A DNA stretch of 64,000 nt, taken from IMG/VR virus record IMGVR_UViG_3300047388_000211, positions 4,318 to 68,317 of that record; one strand, 5' to 3'. The translations under genes and the position numbers were made by a program. Below the pieces are notes generated by a model, which saw only the letters and a list, made by a program, of their open reading frames with translations, was not told the DNA's origin and did no database searches. Origin of the DNA: a virus. This document shows, one piece after another, positions 36,937 to 46,782 of the stretch (position 1 is the first letter of the stretch; each line of letters opens with the position of its first letter).

Positions 36937-37130
36937 GGCTTTTCCTTGTTCAGCGAACCCAGTATTCCCTCTAGCCTTTCGATCTTAATATTGGCCTCCG
37001 CCAGTGCAGTCTTCACTGCCGTCAGGTTCGAATTCACCAGGATATGGATCTCCCCCAGCTTCTGTCTATTACCGATCCCAATGACGGATGGTACCAATGC
37101 AATTAAAGCAAGGTAAACGGCATCACTCAT
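36933..37130 (-). CDS. Small TM + coiled-coil protein (lysis accessory candidate)
   Basis: N-terminal TM; IHILVNSNL. Confidence 0.55.
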   Translation of the reverse strand: MSDAVYLALIALVPSVIGIGNRQKLGEIHILVNSNLTAVKTALAEANIKIERLEGILGSLNKEKP

Positions 37131-38194
37131 TTGGCCCTCTTCGGCGGGGTGGGCTTGGGTAGCTTCAGCTTCTCCGCTTCTGCCGTCGGTTGCTTTGTTA
37201 CGCCACGGCCAAAGCTCGCCAACCGCGCCTTCATTTCATTCACTGTCTCCAGGCGCATCCGTCCGGGGACTCCACCGGAGCCATCTCCGGCAGCAGTGCG
37301 TACCACCATAGGACGCTGGGCTACGACATCCTGATGGGGCTTTGGCCCCAGGCCGCTATCCTGGCCCTGAAATGTCTGCGTTCCCGGTTCCACGGGTGCC
37401 AATTGTTTCTGAGGTGCCGGTCCCTCCGCAAGCTTTGGTTTCGGTGCTGTCGGAGCCGGTAGCTGCTTCTGGGTGACTTTACTCGAAGCCACATCCTGAT
37501 ATTCGCCTTGCGGCGAAGGAGCCTTGGGTGACTCTACAAACTGGGCATCAATGGTTGGCGTTGGCGGTGGCTCCGGAGGGTCATAGAGCCGTCGTGCCGC
37601 CGCGCGCATAATCGGACGGCCACCCATCACTCTCGCTATTGGGGTATCGGCCACTTCCGACATCAGCTGGGGAATTCCTGCTTTCGTTGCCGCGCCCTGT
37701 ATCGCAGAGCCGACAGCGGGCGCGCCTTCGCTGATCGCTTTTGGGCCTAAGAGCCCAGCCGCCATTTTGGTCGCTCCCTGAGTGGCTTGATCCATCTGTG
37801 GCTGGGTAGGGGCCTGGACAGAGTTGGGCGCAACCAGTGCTCCGAACTCACGTCCCATTGTCGCTGCCATATCTTTGACGCCACCGATCGTTCCCGCCAG
37901 TGTATGCAAAGGGTGGACCATTGCACTCACCGCTTCGGGTACTTCCAGCGTGGGGGAGTCCCAGCCTTCACGGAACCGCAGCGGGGATACGCTCCCAGCC
38001 ATCTGCATTAGCCCTTGAGGTACCTGAGCCATCTGATGGGCAGCCTGAGCCGCAGCTGGGAATATCTTCTCGAAGTTCTGCTGCCAGGATGGAGCAGGAG
38101 TGGGCGCATTCGCCGCTGGAGCGGTTTGCATCTCCGCTAAAGCCTGATCGAAGACGTCTTGTTGCTGCTGCTGTGGCATTACGGTATCTGCCAA
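37127..38194 (-). CDS. Putative internal virion/ejection protein
   Basis: Ala/Pro/Gln-rich; last of three low-complexity genes after the tail genes. Confidence 0.55.
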   Translation of the reverse strand: MADTVMPQQQQQDVFDQALAEMQTAPAANAPTPAPSWQQNFEKIFPAAAQAAHQMAQVPQGLMQMAGSVSPLRFREGWDSPTLEVPEAVSAMVHPLHTLAGTIGGVKDMAATMGREFGALVAPNSVQAPTQPQMDQATQGATKMAAGLLGPKAISEGAPAVGSAIQGAATKAGIPQLMSEVADTPIARVMGGRPIMRAAARRLYDPPEPPPTPTIDAQFVESPKAPSPQGEYQDVASSKVTQKQLPAPTAPKPKLAEGPAPQKQLAPVEPGTQTFQGQDSGLGPKPHQDVVAQRPMVVRTAAGDGSGGVPGRMRLETVNEMKARLASFGRGVTKQPTAEAEKLKLPKPTPPKRAK

Positions 38195-40071
38195 CCATCC
38201 TTCTGGGCTGCCGCCCGCGCTTTATCTTTATCCAGCCCATTCAGTAAGAGGTACGCTTTCGCGATACCCGGTCCAAATGGAATCGATTCCTGTGCGGGGG
38301 CCAGGGACTTATTCATCGGCACCATCTGATCGACTACCGATTTCAGGGTGTTCTGGAGCGTGCCCTTAAACACACCGACATCTCCCAGCAACGCGCCTTT
38401 CTGGAGCTGTAAGGCCTGGAAGGCTTGCTGTCCCCGGCTGGGCGCAATCCCATACACCGTTCTCAGGATGTTGATGTCTTCCGAAAGGGAGGCGTAATCC
38501 TTTGCCAGTGATGTCTCGTCCGGCGTGAGCCCCGTCATACGCGAGATCAAAAGCTTCGTCTGGGAGGGGTCCACCGCAAAGGCTACCTTACCAGCAACAA
38601 TCAAACTCTTGAGAAGGTCTGCTTTATTGAGCACATTGTCCATGCGCTCCACAGTATTGGTTAAAGCCGTCCCTTGCTTCTTCACCTTCAGCACGTCATC
38701 TGCGCTCAAGCCTCGGCCTGCCCCCGGAACCACCCGAGCCTCACCCACCTTTGGAACCGAGGTCGGCGGAGGAGTTGGGGCTGGAGCCTGCTGGGGAACG
38801 CCCCCCGCCTGCTGATTCTGCTGTAAGGCCGACTTGACTTGAGCCTCCGTCAAGTTGCGGTTCTGCGACATCACAAACTGAACGGCCTCGGGTGTCGGGC
38901 CTTGAGTCAGGTCCGGTACCCCGGGAGGCGGTGCTGGGGCCTGCGGCTGTGCTTGCGGAGGAGGCGCAGGCGCACCCGGAAGCTGAGTTGTGGTGGTCCG
39001 CTGGGTTCCGGTAACACCGAGACGTCCTCCCGGCAATGGGACCGTCTGTGTTCCCTCGGTGGTTTTCGGAAGTGTCGTATTCGCCTGACCTAAGGTCTGA
39101 GCCCCAGACAGCGGCTGGCCCGACGGAGGCGTTTGTTCTCGGACTCCGACCTGACCATTAAAAGACGTGCCCTGATATGTCGGCGACTGGAGATAGATGT
39201 TGCCACTGGCGGTATCCGTGCGGGCCACCACTCCAGGCAGTATCTGCTGGATCTCATTTAATAGCTGGGGAGACGGAGCATGGAGCGGCAGCTGAATCCC
39301 AGCTGCGGCCAGTTTTTGCTCATCCTGAATATTTAGGCCCTGGGAGATCAGGCGTGGGGCATAGGCCACCGGTGTCGCGGATTTGAAGAGCTGCGACTCT
39401 CCCGTATAGGGATTGGTCCACTCTTCAATCTTGAATCGGTTCCCTTGCTCGTCCACCGATGTATAGGAATTGGTCATCTTTCCAATCGTCGGATGGGTCG
39501 CCATCGCCTTCGCGCGTTCCCGCTCGATCTGCTGCCCAAACGGCATCATCCCCAGCTGGTGGGGCGGAGGTGCCGGGGCCTGAAGCGTCTGGTCCGCCAT
39601 CTGTCCCGTGGGTCCAGTATTCGGCGGAGCCTGTGGTGGCGCAGGAGCCTGCTGCGGAGCCTGTGGCATGGATATCGGTGGAACCACGCCTCCCTGAATT
39701 GCGGCTAGGCTCGGTGGCTGTTGGGGCGCAGCGGCCTGTCCTGCCGGACCCGACAACTGCTGCCCAATCGGCATATTCTGCGCCCCCTGGCCACCCGGTG
39801 CTCTAACCGGAGGAGGAGCTGGAGGCTGAACGAGTATTTGGGAGATGTCGCTCTCTTTGCTGGAGACCGGCTTCATCGGGTCGCCACCAATGATGTCTAA
39901 GGCCCGATGCTTCAGGGCCATACTGGAGGCTTCATCGAAGCGCGGGTCGTCGGCCATCTTCGCGATGGATGCGGCAATATCCCGGCGCTGGCCATACTGC
40001 ATTTCCAGAAGCTTCGAGTAGTGGTCCGAAGCCGCCTGCTCAAACCCTGAAAATACGTCTGCAAAAGCCAA
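38179..40071 (-). CDS. Pro/Gln-rich putative ejection protein
   Basis: 630 aa; podovirus internal-protein position. Confidence 0.55.
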   Translation of the reverse strand: MAFADVFSGFEQAASDHYSKLLEMQYGQRRDIAASIAKMADDPRFDEASSMALKHRALDIIGGDPMKPVSSKESDISQILVQPPAPPPVRAPGGQGAQNMPIGQQLSGPAGQAAAPQQPPSLAAIQGGVVPPISMPQAPQQAPAPPQAPPNTGPTGQMADQTLQAPAPPPHQLGMMPFGQQIERERAKAMATHPTIGKMTNSYTSVDEQGNRFKIEEWTNPYTGESQLFKSATPVAYAPRLISQGLNIQDEQKLAAAGIQLPLHAPSPQLLNEIQQILPGVVARTDTASGNIYLQSPTYQGTSFNGQVGVREQTPPSGQPLSGAQTLGQANTTLPKTTEGTQTVPLPGGRLGVTGTQRTTTTQLPGAPAPPPQAQPQAPAPPPGVPDLTQGPTPEAVQFVMSQNRNLTEAQVKSALQQNQQAGGVPQQAPAPTPPPTSVPKVGEARVVPGAGRGLSADDVLKVKKQGTALTNTVERMDNVLNKADLLKSLIVAGKVAFAVDPSQTKLLISRMTGLTPDETSLAKDYASLSEDINILRTVYGIAPSRGQQAFQALQLQKGALLGDVGVFKGTLQNTLKSVVDQMVPMNKSLAPAQESIPFGPGIAKAYLLLNGLDKDKARAAAQKDGWQIP

Positions 40072-40085
40072 GTCGCTATGCTCCT

Positions 40086-40805
40086 TTAACTAAAGATCAC
40101 TCCGGGGCCTCCGGTCGTCGCTGTGGTGTTGTCACCGCCACCCCCACCGCCACCGAAGATACTGCCCAGTGTCTTACCCAGCTGGCCCAGAACGCCCGAC
40201 TGTTGAAGTTGGGAGAACAATCCCGATCCAATACTCTGTCCCTGCTGCGCGGTCAACTTCCGCATGGCTTCCTGCTGCTCCAGAATGCCACGGCCTGCAG
40301 CGGTCGAGGCATAGAGCGAGTTTGCACCCTGTCCGATCAGCTGGCCTCCGAGCCCTCCCAGTTGCTGTGCAGCCTGAGGGCGCGCTCCCTGCATCAGCTG
40401 GGTCACATCGCGCTGTTGCTGATAAGGCAGTTCCGCATTGAACTGCGCGGATGGGCCTCCGCGTGGATTGAGAGCTGCCGAGGTCTGGCCTGCCGCTTGA
40501 TAGCCCTGTCCGATCTGAGAGAGCTGTGGCCCGAGAGCCGATGCCATCTGACCACGGTTCCCGGATAGGATCTGGGACCAGTAATTGAGTGGCCCACCCA
40601 CAGCCTGAGTGCCCATGCCCAGGAGGTTCTGACCCGCGCTCAATCCCGCATTCTGGGCCAGGAGATTGGACTGCATCACCTGATTCTCTAGAGGCGTGGG
40701 CGATTGCTTCCCCAGGGCACTGCCCAGTAGGGAGGTGCCGACACCGGCACCCAGGTTGAGGCCAAGGTTCCCGAGACTTCCAAGTAGGCTACCGTTATCT
40801 GGCAT
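40086..40805 (-). CDS. Gly/Gln-rich putative ejection protein
   Basis: Gly-rich amphipathic termini, as in P22 gp7-like proteins. Confidence 0.55.
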   Translation of the reverse strand: MPDNGSLLGSLGNLGLNLGAGVGTSLLGSALGKQSPTPLENQVMQSNLLAQNAGLSAGQNLLGMGTQAVGGPLNYWSQILSGNRGQMASALGPQLSQIGQGYQAAGQTSAALNPRGGPSAQFNAELPYQQQRDVTQLMQGARPQAAQQLGGLGGQLIGQGANSLYASTAAGRGILEQQEAMRKLTAQQGQSIGSGLFSQLQQSGVLGQLGKTLGSIFGGGGGGGDNTTATTGGPGVIFS

Positions 40806-40814
40806 ATGTCCTCT

Positions 40815-41606
40815 TCAGCGCCTATAGTACAACGCCGTGGTCTTATTGCGTAATTCTAACGTCGTCATCGCATTCCCCGTGAAGGTCGGCGTCGATAGGG
40901 TTCCAGCCGGGGTGAAGGGATGAGTGTGTGGGTCTGCCGCTACGGTGGTGCCCGCGCCCGACTGGACCGCCACTGATGCGGAATCATTCCCCGTGGTCCC
41001 CGGTGTTCCTGTAAACGTGGGAGTGGACACCGTACCGGCTGGCGTATTCCCGCTTGCTACCGCAATCGCGGCTGCCGCCAAAGCGCCCTTCAGGTAGGCT
41101 GCCGTCGTTACATCCGGAACCGTCACATTCGTGGTTGTTCCGTCAGCATTAAAACGCGCCACCGTCGATCCATTACAGAGCTGCCACGCATTGGAACCAA
41201 AGCCCGACGGGGCGCTCTCATACATCGCATAGAAGCCGGAACCAGGATCAGCTGGCCCCCAGGTCCAGGCCGAGCCCGTCCATTGTAAGAGATGCGAATA
41301 GTCCGTCACCCAGGCCAGGGTCCCAACATCCGCCGCCCCGAGACCTCCGGGCAATGCGCCGGAGACAACACTGGGGATGGAGAAGACGCTCGACGCGGTA
41401 TTCGGCAATAGGGACTGGAGGTTCAGCGGGGTCTGGCCACCCGCCTGAAGCTGATCCCGTATCTTCGCCGTAATATTCGCGAGATCGGCTGCCGTTAATG
41501 CTGGAGCTGCCTGAACGATGGGCCGATTCATGGCCTGCTGGAACTGACGCAGCACCCGCTCTGTGGATTCTGGGGTGCGTAGGTCATCGATGGAAAAGGA
41601 GATCAT
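40815..41606 (-). CDS. Tail-associated protein (collar-like)
   Basis: WQLCNGS...VPD; repeated TPTFTG; HTH. Confidence 0.55.
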   Translation of the reverse strand: MISFSIDDLRTPESTERVLRQFQQAMNRPIVQAAPALTAADLANITAKIRDQLQAGGQTPLNLQSLLPNTASSVFSIPSVVSGALPGGLGAADVGTLAWVTDYSHLLQWTGSAWTWGPADPGSGFYAMYESAPSGFGSNAWQLCNGSTVARFNADGTTTNVTVPDVTTAAYLKGALAAAAIAVASGNTPAGTVSTPTFTGTPGTTGNDSASVAVQSGAGTTVAADPHTHPFTPAGTLSTPTFTGNAMTTLELRNKTTALYYRR

Positions 41607-44600
41607 CCTTCAATCTCCGCATAGTCCGAGAAGATACGCAATTGCCGGTAGGCATCATCCGTGCCCCAGTCCTTAACCTCAATGAAGCTATCCCTGGGGT
41701 CCAGTCGGAAGGTCGTGCCCGTCGTGTTCAAGAACAGCTGGCAGATCTTCCCCTTCATCACCGGCACCCGGAAGATGGTCTGCTTATAGGACCCACCGGA
41801 GGCTGGGATGGTGATCGCTGGCTGAGATTGATTATCGATAACAAAGGTCAGGGTAAAGTCCTGGGTCGACACATGTGTGATCTTGCACAGCCCAAAATGC
41901 TTGTAGTTCGACATCCCAAAGGTGGATGGCGAGATGTTCCAGGAAAGGGCCGAGATCGGCGCGGACTCAAAGGTCCACCGGGTCTCCCAAATAAAAAAGA
42001 AGGGCCGATCCGTTCCGGACACATCCATGGTGATGAATACCGAGACATTCTTTGCCGTCTGCCAGCCATTGTTGAAGGCCACGGGAATCACCGTCTGAGT
42101 GCGGCCCGCTGTCGAGAAGCTAGTGGGGACTCCAATATTCGCGTTGTTGTTGAAGAAGGGAGTCGCGGTGGCCACCACAGCCCCCGTATTGGAATCGATC
42201 ATCAAGTCGCCATAGAACTTGAACGACCGGGGGTCGCCCTGATCCTTCGAGGGTGTGGTGAACTCCATCAGGATCGGTGAGCCATTGTCACTGTTGCCGG
42301 TATAGGCATAGAGGTGGGAATCCACCCCGCCAATCAGGAGCAGGTGGACTCCTGGTCCCTCATCCCCATAATGGAACTGGGCGTTGGGGGTGAAGTCGTC
42401 ATAGAGCCAGCCCCCCGGCGCTTCCCCGCGCGTGGCGGCTCCCAGATCCAGAGCCAAGACCAGCGTCTTCCGGTCCCCACCGGAGGCGGGGTAATCGAAA
42501 TAGACGTAGTCGTCGTAGTAGGTCAGGCGCAGTCCGGCAGCATTGCCGGAGACAATCTGCGGAGCCGCGACTCCATTGACATCGACACCGAGGTTGCCTT
42601 CATTGGGGAACAGGTCGTAGAGATCCGCATCCGTCATTGAGGTGGGGGATTGCCCCATCGACATATTGATGCCGTCTCGGGTGAGATAGCAAATGACTGG
42701 CGCAGGCTCCCGGGTCAGGGCCCAGCGGGAGAACAGTCCCTTACCATTGGGGATGTTCTCATGGCGGAACGGCTGGTTCGGATCGCCAGTCTTCAAAAGC
42801 TGGATAAAGTTCTCCGAGGAGAAGACGTAGGAGCGGACATTGTACTGGAGCCCGTTCATCAGGGGCTCCGAAGGGGACGTCATATCCAGGGTGTTCGTGG
42901 GATTGGTCGTCTCCGAATCTGGGTTTGAATAATAGAGACGTCCCGGGTTGATCGGGTCACCGCAGGCAAAGAAGTTTCCGTCCCACTCCCAGAGACAGGG
43001 GAGCGGTTGGGCCAGGATCGTCGGCTCATTGATCTGCCAAGCCACCGCCGACTGAGACTTCGCATTCTCCACAATCTCCAGTAGTGATGTCGACTGCACG
43101 CGGTAGATGGTGTAGGGCTGATTGTTAATGATGATCCGAGTCCCGGGTGCCCACGATAAATTGAAAGACGTCCCAAAATCTTTTATGGAGGTTCCGGCCA
43201 CAATCGCTGTCGTGCCGGACACCGGGAGTCCGATGATCGGCCAGGGTTGGTAATCGTTCATCCCAATCACGGGCTGACCCGCCACCGTGAGGTCGTCGTA
43301 GATGTCCGCGAAAGATGGCGTGGCCCCATTCGCAACCGTTCCGACGTAATGCCAATCCGGGCCCTGACCTCCAAAGCGTTCGATATCCAGGACGAAATCG
43401 CCGACGGCATTGGTCGTTCCCGATGGGGCCGCATACTGGGGCGCTGTCACGGTTACCGACTGGCGGTAAGGGTCCATGGACAGCCGTGTCGCCGGGGACC
43501 AGTTGGATGGCACATTGGTCGAGAGCAGGCGCGCGCGATAGCGGTAGTAGTAGGGGCTAGCCGTGGCGTCGAGATCGTCGGGGCCGTAGCCTCCGCCGAT
43601 CCACCAGGAATCCATTCCGATGTTGACGGTTCCGGTGCATACAATCACCAGCTGGATGGTGGCTACATTCTGGAGCGTCCGTGAATCATCGGTACCCACG
43701 CGAATCAAGTCGGAGATCCGGAACCGAACATCCACCCATTGACTTGCGCCAGACTCCAATTGTGTCGACTGGACCTGAGGTGCGTCCGACGGAGTCGTCA
43801 CGCTATTGGGAAGAAGCTGACCGATCCCTTCCGGGCCAGAGGATGCCGGTCCAAGAAATGCCGGACCCAGGACGTTATTCGGAATCGACACACCGCCAGG
43901 GATAGGAACTCCATTGGGGTCAGTTAATGGCGGAAGGAAGCCAGTATTCGACGCTGTCCGATCCGGCGAGACCTGCGGACCCTGCCCGCTACCCTCATCA
44001 ATAATCTGACGCTGGAGGATGGTGGACCCTGTCGTCACCAATGCCTGAGCGTTCTGGATGTTCGGGGTCAGATCGGATGGCCGGATTTCACGGTAGTAAT
44101 AGTTCTTGGTAAAGGGTGCCGCGCCGTCGGACACATCCACATCCAGCTGCACTTTGATGTAGCTCAGGCTTAACGGATTATCCACGCGCAGCGAGATATT
44201 CATGTAATCATCGGGCTGGGTGGGAACGCCTGTGGCAATCTTCGAGAGATCCAGGGCTGCGGTCTTTGTCAGATATCCCGTACCGGTCGTCACCGCAGAG
44301 GTCATGGCATCATTTGAGACTGTCTCCGTGGTCGCATGGTTACTGACGAGATAGATCCGCAGCGATGGCAAAGCCGTGATCGTGTTGCCCACACTGAACG
44401 TGCCCACGGTTGTTGCCCGGATAGAGAATGTCCCGTCTGGCCCAAAGATCTTCGCTTTCACCCGGATCAGTTCACTCGCCGTCGAGTTATTCAGCAGGCT
44501 ATTCACTTCAATCTGATCCACGGGGGTGGCCAGAAAAATGGAGCAATCTCCCGTCGTTCCGGAATCGTAGAGGATGGCACCGATGGTGGTGGCCGCAGCC

Positions 44601-45334
44601 CCGGCGAATACATCCTGGACCGTCGCCGTCTCGGCGCTGGTCAGGAAGTTGAGCCGTTCCCCCCGTCCCACGCCCACCATCGATGTCAGCTGAACACAGG
44701 CCCATCCCGTTGTTCCGGTATCATAGAGGATCTGGGCAATCGTGGTGGTGGTTCCAGAACCTCCGCCAGGGGTACGCGATATCTGCGTCGGCGCACCTGC
44801 CGTACTGGCAGCTGCCCACCCCGTGAGAGCATCGAAAGCATCAATGGTTTTATAGGACGGCGCATCGGTGAGAGCTACAGAGGGCGCTGCCGCTGGCGCG
44901 GGCAGGCCAATCTGATGGAGATCCCCAGTGGGAGACACCTTCCGCATCCGCGCGCTGTCCCCGATGTACATGAAGGAGACGGGTGAAGCCAGCGGCTTCC
45001 AGGGAACCAGGGCCAAGGGGTCGCCACTGTAGCCGGAATCGAGATCCGTATAGGGATTCTTGCCAAAGGCCACATGGCTCCCGGCTCCCACCACGCGGGT
45101 GTAGTTGTTATGGGCGGGATCGTTCAGCCGTCGGGCCGAGTGAACCGGTGTCTGGCCTGCCACGGGTTGGCCAATATCGGTGATTCCGTCACGGGGCTCA
45201 ATCCGGCCTGCCAAATAGGAACGGATGTTCCGGGCATACGGGAGCTTCCCCGGCTTCACGCTGTCCAATGGCCGGTTGAGATCCAGTCCCACGAAGTCGA
45301 AGCGGTTGGTTTCCTTCTGATACTTAACGTCCAT
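41603..45334 (-). CDS. Large tail nozzle/stabilisation-type protein
   Basis: 1243 aa, beta-rich; F.GL...NIR...R.G N-terminus; RLYYS; position after adaptor. Confidence 0.6.
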   Translation of the reverse strand: MDVKYQKETNRFDFVGLDLNRPLDSVKPGKLPYARNIRSYLAGRIEPRDGITDIGQPVAGQTPVHSARRLNDPAHNNYTRVVGAGSHVAFGKNPYTDLDSGYSGDPLALVPWKPLASPVSFMYIGDSARMRKVSPTGDLHQIGLPAPAAAPSVALTDAPSYKTIDAFDALTGWAAASTAGAPTQISRTPGGGSGTTTTIAQILYDTGTTGWACVQLTSMVGVGRGERLNFLTSAETATVQDVFAGAAATTIGAILYDSGTTGDCSIFLATPVDQIEVNSLLNNSTASELIRVKAKIFGPDGTFSIRATTVGTFSVGNTITALPSLRIYLVSNHATTETVSNDAMTSAVTTGTGYLTKTAALDLSKIATGVPTQPDDYMNISLRVDNPLSLSYIKVQLDVDVSDGAAPFTKNYYYREIRPSDLTPNIQNAQALVTTGSTILQRQIIDEGSGQGPQVSPDRTASNTGFLPPLTDPNGVPIPGGVSIPNNVLGPAFLGPASSGPEGIGQLLPNSVTTPSDAPQVQSTQLESGASQWVDVRFRISDLIRVGTDDSRTLQNVATIQLVIVCTGTVNIGMDSWWIGGGYGPDDLDATASPYYYRYRARLLSTNVPSNWSPATRLSMDPYRQSVTVTAPQYAAPSGTTNAVGDFVLDIERFGGQGPDWHYVGTVANGATPSFADIYDDLTVAGQPVIGMNDYQPWPIIGLPVSGTTAIVAGTSIKDFGTSFNLSWAPGTRIIINNQPYTIYRVQSTSLLEIVENAKSQSAVAWQINEPTILAQPLPCLWEWDGNFFACGDPINPGRLYYSNPDSETTNPTNTLDMTSPSEPLMNGLQYNVRSYVFSSENFIQLLKTGDPNQPFRHENIPNGKGLFSRWALTREPAPVICYLTRDGINMSMGQSPTSMTDADLYDLFPNEGNLGVDVNGVAAPQIVSGNAAGLRLTYYDDYVYFDYPASGGDRKTLVLALDLGAATRGEAPGGWLYDDFTPNAQFHYGDEGPGVHLLLIGGVDSHLYAYTGNSDNGSPILMEFTTPSKDQGDPRSFKFYGDLMIDSNTGAVVATATPFFNNNANIGVPTSFSTAGRTQTVIPVAFNNGWQTAKNVSVFITMDVSGTDRPFFFIWETRWTFESAPISALSWNISPSTFGMSNYKHFGLCKITHVSTQDFTLTFVIDNQSQPAITIPASGGSYKQTIFRVPVMKGKICQLFLNTTGTTFRLDPRDSFIEVKDWGTDDAYRQLRIFSDYAEIEG

Positions 45335-46778
45335 GGAAGGCTCCTATTCCCACCGGAGTCTCCAAGCGGCGCGGTATCTGAGACTTCTGTCTCTGGGACT
45401 GAGCCGCTGCGGATGCGGCATTCCGTACTGCTGCGGAGATACGCTGATTATAGGTGAGGGCCTGAAGCATGAAGTTCTGGGCCTGACGGTCGGTTGCATG
45501 CCACTCCGCGCCCGCCACTTTGAACAGCGCCAGATGCTCCGCATAGTCGAGAATCATATCCAGCTGTTCCCGCCCCACCTGAACGAAGCTCGCATTGCCC
45601 GTGGGGATCACCGACTTCCGCACCACATCGAGCGTCACGGATGTGATCCCATTGGGAACCGGATTCAGGGCAATCAGATTCGATGCGGCGAGAATCAGGT
45701 CCTGGGGGACACCTCGGGTATTCTCCCAGAGAGGCGTCGAGGACTCCACTTCCTGGAGCGTGGTGGGGATCAAGGGTTGTCCTTGGATTTCCGCATGGAC
45801 CACTACCGGCAGTAGTCGTGCCAGCTGGACATACAGCTGGTAGCGCTGCTCACAGTAGGTGGCCCGTATGGGATCACGCGCGATACCGTCCTTACCGAGT
45901 AAGTCTGCGAGCGCTCCCCATTTTATTGCTGGAGTCAGGTCGTCCGGTATCCCCACCGGAGTCGCGACTGTCGATGGATTGAGCGTCGGTCCCGCCGATA
46001 CAATCAGGAGTTCCAGCTGGCCGCCCAATTGAGGCACAGGCGCGATCTGAACCTGAAGCGGTGGCGGCCCCATAATGGAGTAAGCTTCCGGCGAGCCCGG
46101 GGTCACCGACCATGTTTGATCTCCCGCCGTCAGTTCCCGCTCATCCGATCTCCATAGCGGCGTGTAATAGACGGAACTGGTGGTACGGCTACTCGATGCG
46201 CCACCACCTCCCATATTCAAGCTGAAGGGCAAGGACAGGCCCACCCCAGCGCCACCCCCGGATATTATTTCGGTCACGACGTTCGTGACATTCCGCCATG
46301 CCACCCGCCGCACGTCGATGACGGTATCGACCAACAGCTCCCGCCCGATCGGCGGAGAGAGCATGTTGATGATGGATACCGTGGTGACGCAGCCGGTATC
46401 GGCCAGGAACTGATTTAGTCGATTCTGGACGGCATTGACGATGTCCGCATAGGTGAACATCTCCGTCCCGGTCCAGGATGTTTGCGAGGATGCCGATTCC
46501 AGCAGGTGGTATTGGATCGCCTGGATGATCGACTGGTCGGTGACCGTGTAGTCCAGAAGCCCAGGGCACTGGACGGAGAGGTCGTAGAAAGGAGTTCCCG
46601 TGGATGCTGGGAAGGCGGCACGCTCGCGCCAGAACCCAGAAAGGAGTCCAAACGTACGGAGAGACTCCGTTAATAGAATCGTGAGTTCGGTATCCGTCCA
46701 GAAGACGTTACCGGTATCAAACAGACGGGTGGCTAGCTGAGTCTTGAGCTGCCCAAGCGTGGAATAAGAGTAAGGCAT
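45324..46778 (-). CDS. Head-tail adaptor-like protein
   Basis: TLGQLKTQLATRL..FWTDTEL; internal repeat of an adaptor helical module. Confidence 0.55.
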   Translation of the reverse strand: MPYSYSTLGQLKTQLATRLFDTGNVFWTDTELTILLTESLRTFGLLSGFWRERAAFPASTGTPFYDLSVQCPGLLDYTVTDQSIIQAIQYHLLESASSQTSWTGTEMFTYADIVNAVQNRLNQFLADTGCVTTVSIINMLSPPIGRELLVDTVIDVRRVAWRNVTNVVTEIISGGGAGVGLSLPFSLNMGGGGASSSRTTSSVYYTPLWRSDERELTAGDQTWSVTPGSPEAYSIMGPPPLQVQIAPVPQLGGQLELLIVSAGPTLNPSTVATPVGIPDDLTPAIKWGALADLLGKDGIARDPIRATYCEQRYQLYVQLARLLPVVVHAEIQGQPLIPTTLQEVESSTPLWENTRGVPQDLILAASNLIALNPVPNGITSVTLDVVRKSVIPTGNASFVQVGREQLDMILDYAEHLALFKVAGAEWHATDRQAQNFMLQALTYNQRISAAVRNAASAAAQSQRQKSQIPRRLETPVGIGAFHGR

Positions 46779-46782
46779 TCAA